10,338 bases of DNA from a virus (IMGVR_UViG_2534681772_000012:1-10338), one strand, 5' to 3'. Counted from the stretch's first letter, positions 1 to 6,607 are shown. Program-made: numbers and translations. The notes: generated from the letters alone by a model not told the origin.

Positions 1-70
1 TCACAAAAACGTAACCACACTGCCAATAGCCAGAGAAATATAATTTTTTTTGCGATTTTTTAGAACTGAC

Positions 71-130
71 ACAACGTGAAACAACGAGACACCACGACGA
101 ACAACGGCGAACAATCTGGAACAAACTTGA
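71..130. repeat. Six tandem 10-bp units with ACAACG-like core (ACAACGTGAA/ACAACGAGAC/ACCACGACGA/ACAACGGCGA/ACAATCTGGA/ACAAACTTGA), helical-turn phased; putative protein-binding array upstream of alpA
   Basis: Read directly from sequence: units start every 10 bp from position 71. Function is inferred from the phasing and the position in the AT-rich leader upstream of the alpA-like gene. Confidence 0.4.
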
Positions 131-410
131 TTAACATCTGACTGACACCCTAAAAAGTTGATTTTCAGTCGTTTTACTGGCTTTTTGTACATTGGCGAAT
201 CACTCTTAAAAACATGTAAAAAAGGCGTAAAAACAGAATTTTATGCCTTTGCACCACAATGAATTAAAAGAGTTTTTATTCTCATTACCACACTTCTGTA
301 AAATGACCGCCGCCAGTGTTTGCCATTCCATAAACACCCTGACACAATCCGACGCACCACAACACAATAGGACACCAAATAACTCTTTAAGAAATATCAA
401 AGGGGGAATT

Positions 411-599
411 GTGTTAAGCACAGATCGCTTTATACGTGAAAAAGAATGTCAGCAACTTACAGGCCTGAGCCGTTCATGTCGGTACCGCCTGGAAAAAACC
501 GGACAATTCCCATCACGGCGTAAGCTCGGCGGTCGTTCCGTTGGCTGGTCTTTATCCGAAGTTCTGGCATGGAAGGAAAGCTGCGAGGCAGTTCACTAA
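411..599 (+). CDS. alpA: AlpA-family (phage Vis/Xis-like HTH) transcriptional regulator
   Basis: C-terminal 63 aa of ORF 243..599 (MLSTDRFIREKECQQLTGLSRSCRYRLEKTGQFPSRRKLGGRSVGWSLSEVLAWKESC) match the AlpA/Vis family length and HTH pattern. GTG start at 411 follows RBS AGGGGG (401-406); the in-frame extension back to 243 has no RBS and looks like leader. Stop TAA 597-599. Confidence 0.8.
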   Translation: MLSTDRFIREKECQQLTGLSRSCRYRLEKTGQFPSRRKLGGRSVGWSLSEVLAWKESCEAVH

Positions 600-651
600 T
601 CAGGCTGGCGGCACACCGCCGCCACCCATCCACTAATACAGAGATCTAACC

Positions 652-1842
652 ATGAATACTGGATATTCTCCCGAACAAGGGCGGGGCTTCGTTCGTCCTG
701 AAAAACAGAATCTGCAAAATTTTGCCGAAATTATTCCGGTTATTTCCGGCCTTACTGGCGGGAGTGAAACCAATATTGTTAACGCCAGAGCGTTGCAGAT
801 GTTTGATGATAAAAAGGGAGTAAATTTAACTTACACCCCTGACGGCAATCAGAATATGAGCATTATCTCTGAGTCAGGTTTCTACAAACTAATAAAAACA
901 AAAAGCGCCCCGTTCCCGGAGCGCCTTTGTGAACAATTAACCTACTGCGCAAAAAATGAATCTGAGCAGTGGGATTATATCAACCGTGTGGCGAAGCGCC
1001 ACAATTGCCGGATAACAGGCAAAACAAAGGCCACCCGCTACGGTGGCCCCTCGACACAAGCTACACGTTATCCCCAACGCATGAGCATCACCAACAATGC
1101 CACATTTGCGGCTGGTGGGCAATGTGATCAGTCAGATTTGGTTCGTTCCAAGGTTTGCAACGAGAGCTTTTTCCTGTGCTCTTTAAGGAATTTCTCAAGA
1201 GCAAAAGCACATGGCGCGAATCTTTCTGATTCATGCTCTATCTTTCTGCGCCGTCTTTTCCGTGCCGGTGATAATGTTTTGGTCAATTCTTTATCGGTCA
1301 TTGTGTTGTCCTGCATAGCAATGCGCCGTAATACCTTACACCACGGCGCTGATGGTGATTACTCTGGTTCTTTGGTCTTGCGACGCTGGAGTTCTTCGCG
1401 TGCAACGGTGACAAGCTGCCCGATTTCTTCCGCTGCTTTGATGCCGATTTGTTCGACCTTAGCCAGGGCATCCAGTGACGACACAAGGGGATTTTCTCCG
1501 CTGCCTTCTGCTTGGCGGCGGGCTATTTCTCCGCGCATGGCGGTTACGATAAATCCGGCATTGCTTTCGCCGTCCAGCTTAACGGATTCCATCCCTTGCA
1601 TAACATCTAGTGGGACTCTGACAGTTGTCAGTTGTGATTTTGCGTTTTTGTTAGCCGTTGCCATTTCTGAAACTCCTAATCATCGGTGTGTTTCAGTATA
1701 CACAAAAAAAGAAATACAAAAAGCCTTGACGTGTGTTTCATGCGCTCATAACATGAAACACACCAAAAGAATTGTTGAAATACAAAGAGCAACGCCCCGC
1801 AGTGCCGGAAACACATACGGGGCGTCTAACCACCAACGATAG
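652..1842 (+). CDS. Questionable ORF; at most an N-terminal remnant (~652-900) of a disrupted gene, faintly Bro-N/Rha-like (IISESGFYKLI)
   Basis: ATG-to-stop ORF from the track. After ~aa 90 the translation is Ser/Cys/Arg-rich, as expected for an antisense read. It runs antisense to two protein-like minus-strand ORFs and through two minus-oriented terminator hairpins. No convincing RBS before ATG 652. Confidence 0.2.
   Translation: MNTGYSPEQGRGFVRPEKQNLQNFAEIIPVISGLTGGSETNIVNARALQMFDDKKGVNLTYTPDGNQNMSIISESGFYKLIKTKSAPFPERLCEQLTYCAKNESEQWDYINRVAKRHNCRITGKTKATRYGGPSTQATRYPQRMSITNNATFAAGGQCDQSDLVRSKVCNESFFLCSLRNFSRAKAHGANLSDSCSIFLRRLFRAGDNVLVNSLSVIVLSCIAMRRNTLHHGADGDYSGSLVLRRWSSSRATVTSCPISSAALMPICSTLARASSDDTRGFSPLPSAWRRAISPRMAVTINPALLSPSSLTDSIPCITSSGTLTVVSCDFAFLLAVAISETPNHRCVSVYTKKEIQKALTCVSCAHNMKHTKRIVEIQRATPRSAGNTYGASNHQR
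891..924 (-). terminator. Putative rho-independent terminator for minus-strand transcripts
   Basis: GC-rich imperfect hairpin 905-924 (GCGCCCC/GGAGCGC, one mismatch) followed on the minus strand by TTTTTGTTTTTATT (reverse complement of 891-904). Confidence 0.4.
1021..1048 (-). terminator. Putative rho-independent terminator for minus-strand transcripts
   Basis: Perfect 7-bp stem GGCCACC (1029-1035) / GGTGGCC (1042-1048) with a 6-nt loop, followed on the minus strand by TTTGTTTT (reverse complement of 1021-1028); about 80 nt downstream of the stop of minus ORF 1128..1301. Confidence 0.45.
1128..1301 (-). CDS. Small basic hypothetical protein (~57 aa, MTDKELTKTLSPARKRRRRK...)
   Basis: Minus ORF 1128..1316; the second in-frame ATG (1301) has a weak AGGA-like RBS. 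Lies just downstream of the RHH-like regulator and upstream of the minus-strand terminator. Composition is protein-like but there is no recognisable family. Confidence 0.3.
   Translation of the reverse strand: MTDKELTKTLSPARKRRRRKIEHESERFAPCAFALEKFLKEHRKKLSLQTLERTKSD
1359..1664 (-). CDS. Putative ribbon-helix-helix-like DNA-binding regulator (candidate repressor of the island), 101 aa
   Basis: Strong RBS AGGAG 8 nt upstream of ATG (minus 1677-1673). Balanced protein-like composition; N-terminal beta-strand-like TTVRVPLDV followed by helix-loop-helix (MQGMESVKLDGESNAGFIVTAMRGEIARRQ) resembles the RHH/Arc-MetJ fold. Divergent from the rightward operon promoter, the classic regulator position. 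Confidence 0.6.
   Translation of the reverse strand: MATANKNAKSQLTTVRVPLDVMQGMESVKLDGESNAGFIVTAMRGEIARRQAEGSGENPLVSSLDALAKVEQIGIKAAEEIGQLVTVAREELQRRKTKEPE
1686..1763. promoter_or_regulatory. Divergent promoter/operator region: sigma70-like promoter TTGACG (1726-1731) - 17 bp - TAACAT (1749-1754) for the rightward operon, overlapped by a perfect 12-bp inverted repeat GTGTGTTTCATG (1731-1742) / CATGAAACACAC (1752-1763); a third GTGTGTTTCA half-site at 1686-1695; leftward -10-like TATACT (complement of 1696-1701)
   Basis: Hexamers and repeats read directly from the sequence; assignment as operator for the adjacent regulator is inference. Confidence 0.5.
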
Positions 1843-1861
1843 CAAGATTATCGAGGCTGCT

Positions 1862-2068
1862 ATGAGAAATCATACCATACACCCGCAAGGGCGGGACTCG
1901 CACAACCTGAATAAATACATCTGGCGTTTTATCGCCCTGAGTACGGCACAACCGCGCGTGATTACCATTGAGGCCACCAGCGAACAGGAAGCCCGTCAGC
2001 AATCACCGGCTGGCTGCGTGATGGTATTCGCCGCCCGTATTCGTCAGGGGGTGCACCATGTGCAATAA
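1862..2068 (+). CDS. Small protein, probably Icd-like (host cell division inhibitor Icd-like family of P4-type satellites)
   Basis: ATG 1862 with GAGG RBS; the track ORF uses an upstream TTG at 1772. Motif pattern YIWRF-ALS...EATSEQEAR...FAARIRQ matches my memory of Icd-like proteins. Stop overlaps the next start (ATGTGCAATAA). Confidence 0.5.
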   Translation: MRNHTIHPQGRDSHNLNKYIWRFIALSTAQPRVITIEATSEQEARQQSPAGCVMVFAARIRQGVHHVQ

Positions 2069-2525
2069 CACCCGTCCGGACGCAGCCGCCGAAGCAATCA
2101 AAACACTGATTGATGCGCTGATTGATATTTCTGTTATCGCGGACAGGGCGCATAAGCACGCTACCAGTGAAACAGAATATGCCGGGGCTTTCGTTCCTCA
2201 TTCGCTGGCGGTTATGCAACTTAGTGCGGATATGGCGCTGAATGAGGCCAAAGCCATCCTGATTGCTGATTGTGAAAATGGGGGGGGGGTTATGCGTGAT
2301 GATCGTTTTAATTCCCTGAAACAGGAATTTTCCGGCGTTCCTGATGATGCGGCTGATGCGCTTTCGTCAATGCCAGAGCTTATTAGAGCGGCTTTTTTCT
2401 TACTTTCCACGAGAGAATATAAATCAACGGGGCTTGATGTACTGAATATCGCCGCCGATTATGCGGAATATGTGGCAGAGGCGCGTTACAGAAGAAAATT
2501 TCCTGAGGATGTAAGCCATGCGTGA
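2058..2525 (+). CDS. Hypothetical protein (155 aa) containing an internal G10 homopolymer
   Basis: ATG 2058 preceded by AGGGGG RBS; translationally coupled to neighbours on both sides. No recognisable family. G10 run at 2280-2289 encodes GGG and is followed by an in-frame ATG at 2292. Confidence 0.55.
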   Translation: MCNNTRPDAAAEAIKTLIDALIDISVIADRAHKHATSETEYAGAFVPHSLAVMQLSADMALNEAKAILIADCENGGGVMRDDRFNSLKQEFSGVPDDAADALSSMPELIRAAFFLLSTREYKSTGLDVLNIAADYAEYVAEARYRRKFPEDVSHA

Positions 2526-2751
2526 TATTTACCACGAAACAATAGACCGCGCATTTCTTGCACTTTCTCACAGTGAAAACATGCTGGAAATATTGCGCAT
2601 ATGGCTTGAAACACTTGGCGACAATGAACGCGACAAACAAAAATCAAGAATTGCCACGGCATTAATAACGCTTCTTGAGCCTGTAATAATGGAACTGCAA
2701 GAAATAGATCTATTGCACGACAGATATAAAGAACAGCACACCGGAGAATAA
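2518..2751 (+). CDS. Hypothetical protein (77 aa)
   Basis: ATG 2518 overlaps the upstream stop by 8 nt; GAGGA RBS; protein-like composition; no recognisable family. Confidence 0.55.
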   Translation: MRDIYHETIDRAFLALSHSENMLEILRIWLETLGDNERDKQKSRIATALITLLEPVIMELQEIDLLHDRYKEQHTGE

Positions 2752-2756
2752 AAATA

Positions 2757-3056
2757 ATGAAACTTAAATATTCTGGCTTAACTGCCAGTGGCAACACTCA
2801 CCCTAAATTTACGCGCGGTGATATTTACCGCGACCAGTACGGCGGCACGGTAATGATTAAGGGCGTGGAAGAACGGCGCGTAATCTACCGCCGTGAAGGT
2901 TACGAATATGATTGCGTGATGCCTGTTTATCAGTTCCGGTGTGATTTTTCTCTGGTACAGACCGCGCCGCATAACGTGCCCACCAGCAACGCCAGGGCAC
3001 GGGCAAACATCCAGAAGCTGAAAACCATGATTAACGGATTCAGGGGCAAGAAATGA
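2757..3056 (+). CDS. Hypothetical protein (99 aa)
   Basis: ATG 2757 with GGAG RBS; stop overlaps the rep start (ATGA at 3053-3056); no recognisable family. Confidence 0.55.
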   Translation: MKLKYSGLTASGNTHPKFTRGDIYRDQYGGTVMIKGVEERRVIYRREGYEYDCVMPVYQFRCDFSLVQTAPHNVPTSNARARANIQKLKTMINGFRGKK

Positions 3057-4468
3057 AAAGCGCACCGAACTTAAAAAAACAGCCTTACGACAAAATGACC
3101 GAAGTCATTATTTTTGCGGGTAGTGATGCCTGGGCGCACGCGAAACAATGGCAGGAGCAGGACGGGCGACTTGCTGGCGACAATGTTCCGCCTGTATGGC
3201 TGGGAGACAGCCAGCTTGACGAACTGGCAGGCCTGAAAATTATCGACGATGGTCGCTATTGTGTCCGACTGTACAAGGCAGGCCACATCAAGCCGTCAAA
3301 TATTAATGCCATCGGGCAAAAGCTGGCGGCGGCAGGTGTACGGGATGCGAATTATTACCCTGAGGGAATGCACAGTCAGAAGCTGGAGAACTGGCACGAC
3401 TACCTGCAACGGATCCGCGAACAGGCAGAGCGCGGGGAAATACTTACTGACGAGCAATACAGCCAGCGAAAAACCACGCTACCAATGAGCATTGGATCTG
3501 CAGGGTACGACACACAGCTTGATTATGTCGTTAAGGGCGTGATTCCGGCTAATTCATTGTGCAGCACATACGGCGCGAGCGGTTCCTATAAATCGTTCCT
3601 CGCGTGTTCCTGGGCGTGTCATGTTGCCACGGGTCGCCACTGGGGAGGTCGCAGGGTGGCGCATGGTTCGGTGATGTATGTTGTCGGTGAAGGTGGCATT
3701 GGTGTCCCCCGCCGTATCAAGGCATGGGAAATCGTTAATGATGAACGGGTGAAAAATCTGTACCTGGTAAACCGCCCGATTTTTCCTGCAGCCCAGTTTG
3801 ATGTTGATGAAATGGTTATCGCATCCCGCCAGGTTGAACGGGAAACGGGTAAACCGGTACGCATGATTATTCTGGATACGCTGGCGCGTTGCTTTGGCGG
3901 TAATGATGAAAATGACGCGCGGGATATGGGGGCGTTTATCCGTGGATGTGACGAACTGAAACGACGCACAGGGGCCACGGTGCTGGTGGTTCACCATTCC
4001 GGCAAGGATGAAACAAAAGGGGCGCGTGGTTCCAGTGCATTTCGTGCATCTCTGGACGCTGAGTACCGGATCCGCCGCGAAGGCGCGGACAGTGAGGCCC
4101 TGGTTATCTCCTGCACCAAAATGAAGGACGCGGAGGAACTGAAAGAGGCTGCATATGATTTACGTGTGGTGGAGCTTTTTACCGACGCTGACAAGGAGTT
4201 AATCACGTCGCTGGTGGTTGTGGATAAGCCGCGCCCACCCGTTGAACTGGAGCGCATCGAGGAGGCCGGAAACAAGACGGAGAATCACGCCGCACTATGG
4301 GGCTGTATCCGGTCACGCACACAGCGCGGCGATAAATGCACTATCCCGTTGTTGCGCGATGATATGAAAAAGCTGGGGTATGAGATGAAAAACTTCCGGC
4401 GCTGGCTGTACAAGCTGGAAAGAGACGGCGTTATCGCTATTGACGGTGATGATGTGCGCCCACTGTAA
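3053..4468 (+). CDS. Replication initiator / RepA-like RecA-fold (AAA_25-type) ATPase, 471 aa; no primase domain recognised
   Basis: Walker A-like GASGSYKS and Walker B-like hydrophobic run ending in D (RMIILDTL) in the central region; RBS AGGGG; an iteron array follows the stop codon immediately, as in PICI/SaPI-type pri-rep/ori units. Confidence 0.8.
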   Translation: MKSAPNLKKQPYDKMTEVIIFAGSDAWAHAKQWQEQDGRLAGDNVPPVWLGDSQLDELAGLKIIDDGRYCVRLYKAGHIKPSNINAIGQKLAAAGVRDANYYPEGMHSQKLENWHDYLQRIREQAERGEILTDEQYSQRKTTLPMSIGSAGYDTQLDYVVKGVIPANSLCSTYGASGSYKSFLACSWACHVATGRHWGGRRVAHGSVMYVVGEGGIGVPRRIKAWEIVNDERVKNLYLVNRPIFPAAQFDVDEMVIASRQVERETGKPVRMIILDTLARCFGGNDENDARDMGAFIRGCDELKRRTGATVLVVHHSGKDETKGARGSSAFRASLDAEYRIRREGADSEALVISCTKMKDAEELKEAAYDLRVVELFTDADKELITSLVVVDKPRPPVELERIEEAGNKTENHAALWGCIRSRTQRGDKCTIPLLRDDMKKLGYEMKNFRRWLYKLERDGVIAIDGDDVRPL

Positions 4469-4669
4469 AAAGTGAGGCGCAAAAGTGAGGGGATAGCAGG
4501 AACTGAACAAAAAGCAACCGCGCCCCTCACTTTTCAATCTGTATATAGGCTCAAAAGTGAGGAATAAAAAACACATTGAAAAACAACATATTAGAATCAC
4601 AAAAAAACAAGGTTGGAAATCATGTGGGGAGCTTAAAAAGTGAGGCGAAAAAGTGGGGAGTAGTGGGGA
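4467..4669. repeat. Putative origin of replication: iterons (consensus AAAAGTGAGG) flanking an AT-rich core
   Basis: Copies at 4467-4477, 4481-4490, 4523-4534 (inverted), 4553-4562, 4635-4645, 4647-4657 (degenerate), plus degenerate 4621-4630 and 4661-4668; AT-rich stretch 4563-4620; directly 3' of rep. Confidence 0.6.
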
Positions 4670-4921
4670 ATGACCAGAAAAAGCAGAGATAAAACAGCAC
4701 CAAAATATCGCGCATTAGACATGACAGAGCACGCCTTAAAGGTGGCAATCAGAACGATAGACCGCCACGCCGGAGAAGGATACGCGAAAGCGCATCCCGA
4801 ACTGATAAGCGCATTCATGACCACGGCGGCGGCAAATTTTGCCACACTGACAGAACGGGAGATTGCCGAAGCGGAACAGGTGACAACCATCAACGTTAAA
4901 ACCGGAGAGCAGACAGCATGA
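4670..4921 (+). CDS. Hypothetical protein (83 aa), translationally coupled to ssb
   Basis: ATG 4670; stop TGA overlaps the ssb ATG (ATGA at 4918-4921); no recognisable family. Confidence 0.5.
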   Translation: MTRKSRDKTAPKYRALDMTEHALKVAIRTIDRHAGEGYAKAHPELISAFMTTAAANFATLTEREIAEAEQVTTINVKTGEQTA

Positions 4922-5340
4922 CAGCACAGATAGCGGCTTACGGGCGGCTGGTGGCTGACCCGCAGTTAAAGACCACCAGCAAGGGTACACAAATGACGAT
5001 GGCGAGTATGGCGGTCCCACTTCCGTGCAGCCAGGCAGATGACGGAACGGCGACGATGTGGTTATCCGTCCTGGCGTTTGGCAGACAGGCCGAAGCACTG
5101 GCAAAGCACCGCAAGGGTGAACTCCTGAGCGTGGCGGGTAACATGCAGGTAAGCCAGTGGACAGGCCAGAACGGCGAAACGCGGCGGGGCTGGCAGGTTA
5201 TCGCAGACAGCGTAATCAGTGCGCGAACGGCGCGACCGGGCGGCAAAAAAGGTCAGCAGGGGCAGGCCACTGACGCACTGAACAGGGCAAAACAACAGTC
5301 GGGGAATGATGATCCGTACGGCGATAATATACCGTTTTAA
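4918..5340 (+). CDS. ssb: Single-stranded DNA-binding protein (short, 140 aa)
   Basis: GGAGA RBS; OB-fold-like N-terminal pattern; Gly/Gln-rich linker; acidic C-terminal tail ...DDPYGDNIPF resembling the SSB signature DDDIPF. Confidence 0.65.
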   Translation: MTAQIAAYGRLVADPQLKTTSKGTQMTMASMAVPLPCSQADDGTATMWLSVLAFGRQAEALAKHRKGELLSVAGNMQVSQWTGQNGETRRGWQVIADSVISARTARPGGKKGQQGQATDALNRAKQQSGNDDPYGDNIPF

Positions 5341-5357
5341 ATTCTGCAAACAAAAAG

Positions 5358-5386
5358 ATGCCGGAAAAAAATAGATTTTCCGGCAT
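5358..5386. terminator. Hairpin with 11-bp perfect stem (ATGCCGGAAAA / TTTTCCGGCAT, 7-nt loop); terminator-like, T-tract only on the minus-strand side
   Basis: Read directly from the sequence, 18 nt after the ssb stop. On the minus strand it is followed by CTTTTTGTTTG; on the plus strand there is no T-tract. Confidence 0.4.
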
Positions 5387-5551
5387 GCTACATAAATCCC
5401 GACCAAAGGAAGTAAATACATTAACACGAATTATCAGCACTGAAGTTGTCACGGCATATTTTATACAACATTGCACTTGGTTGCATGTATTCGCATAGCA
5501 GACATCGGTAATAGAATATATTCACAATTATTTGTAATGAATGTAAAGAGG

Positions 5552-6598
5552 ATGAGTATGGTTGATTTATATTCGCCTACACAGCTTGTGCAGGTGGCTA
5601 ATGCTGAAGATGTGCAAAAAAAATTAAATGCGTTGTTTACCAGTTTGTTTTTCACTCGCTCGGTAATGTTTGAATCGAGAGACATTATTCTTGATACGAT
5701 CGACGATCCAAATATCCCGATCGCGGCGTTTTGCTCTCCTATGGTGGGCAGTAAAGTTTCACGAGATGAGGGATACGAATCAAAAACAATTCGCCCTGGC
5801 TATATGAAACCGAAAAGCAGCATTGATCCAAATAAGTTAGCTGTGCGCCCTGCTGGTGTATCACCTGAACAATACAATGCTTTTGGGGCGCGTAATATTA
5901 AAGTTAAACAGGCGATTGTAAATCAGGCTAAAGCTATACGTGCACGTATTGAATGGCTTGCTGTTCAGGCAATCACAACGGGGAAAAATATCATTGAGGG
6001 CGATGGTATTGAACGTTATGAACTGGACTGGAATATAAAACCACAAAATATTATCACGCAGTCTGGCGGTGCTGAGTGGTCAGGTAAGGATAAAGAAACT
6101 TTTGATCCAAATGATGATATTGAGAGCTACGCAGAATTTAGTGAGGGCGTCACTAATATCATCATTATGGGCGGTAATGTATGGAAGAAATACCGTTCAT
6201 TCAGAGCGATAAAAGAGGCTCTGGATACCCGCCGTGGTTCTAATTCCGAACTGGAAACGGCCCTTAAAGACCTTGGTGATTCGGTGAGTTTTAAAGGGTA
6301 TATGGGCGATGTTGCGATTGTTGTTTACAGCGGACGTTATACCGACGAGGACGGAACTGAAAAACATTTCCTTGATCCTGATTTGATGGTGCTTGGCAAT
6401 ACGGCTCTTCAGGGGATTGTCGCCTATGGCGGTATTCAGGATCCGGAGCTAACCCGAATGGGGCTGACTAAAGCCGAACTTGCACCGAAAAACTATATTG
6501 TGCCTGGTGATCCGGCTATTGAGTACGTACAAACGCACTCTGCACCACAGCCAATACCGGCCCGCATCAATCGTTTTGTTACCGTTCGCATTGGCTAA
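5552..6598 (+). CDS. Lambda gpE-like major capsid protein
   Basis: Translation from MSMVDLYSPTQL aligns along its length with my memory of lambda gpE (MSMYTTAQLL..., ITQSGG-EWS-DK-T-DP-DDIE-YA, TRRGSNSELETA-KDLG, GDVAIVVYSG-Y, MVLGNT, GDPA). Start 5552 by homology; ATG 5558 has better RBS spacing from AAGAGG. Stop TAA 6596-6598. Confidence 0.85.
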   Translation: MSMVDLYSPTQLVQVANAEDVQKKLNALFTSLFFTRSVMFESRDIILDTIDDPNIPIAAFCSPMVGSKVSRDEGYESKTIRPGYMKPKSSIDPNKLAVRPAGVSPEQYNAFGARNIKVKQAIVNQAKAIRARIEWLAVQAITTGKNIIEGDGIERYELDWNIKPQNIITQSGGAEWSGKDKETFDPNDDIESYAEFSEGVTNIIIMGGNVWKKYRSFRAIKEALDTRRGSNSELETALKDLGDSVSFKGYMGDVAIVVYSGRYTDEDGTEKHFLDPDLMVLGNTALQGIVAYGGIQDPELTRMGLTKAELAPKNYIVPGDPAIEYVQTHSAPQPIPARINRFVTVRIG

Positions 6599-6607
6599 GG
6601 GGGAGCA

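Noticed and set aside
1-192. 63-aa minus-strand ORF at the window start
   Set aside because: AT-rich leader region with the 10-bp repeat array; no RBS and low-complexity translation. More likely non-coding regulatory DNA upstream of alpA.
206-421. 71-aa minus-strand ORF and the N-terminal extension of ORF 243..599
   Set aside because: Both overlap the alpA leader. AlpA-family proteins are ~60-70 aa and a good RBS/GTG start sits at 411; the extension has no RBS.
607-623. GC hairpin GGCGGC-ACACC-GCCGCC just after the alpA stop
   Set aside because: Six-bp GC stem but no following T-tract on either strand; possibly an mRNA-stability element, not confidently a terminator.
937-1486. Minus-strand ORFs 937..1122 and 1298..1486
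   Set aside because: Cys/Arg-rich translations with no RBS. 937..1122 overlaps the terminator hairpin at 1029-1048 and 1298..1486 overlaps better-supported minus-strand genes in another frame; both look like frame shadows.
4467-4669. Possible CRISPR array (repeated AAAAGTGAGG)
   Set aside because: Repeats are only ~10 bp, in both orientations, irregularly spaced, with no uniform spacers and no cas genes; position and structure fit replication-origin iterons.
1962-5685. Numerous minus-strand ORFs (1962..2219, 2198..2410, 2383..2640, 2486..2797, 2778..3065, 3071..3286, 3554..3997, 3619..3978, 3991..4275, 4285..4530, 4313..4600, 4633..4893, 4736..5104, 4938..5246, 5062..5427, 5216..5476, 5461..5685) and plus-strand ORF 3249..3488
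   Set aside because: All lie antisense to, or out of frame within, a continuous, translationally coupled plus-strand operon with RBSs and recognisable products (rep, ssb). Their translations are Ser/Arg/Cys-rich, as expected of shadow ORFs.
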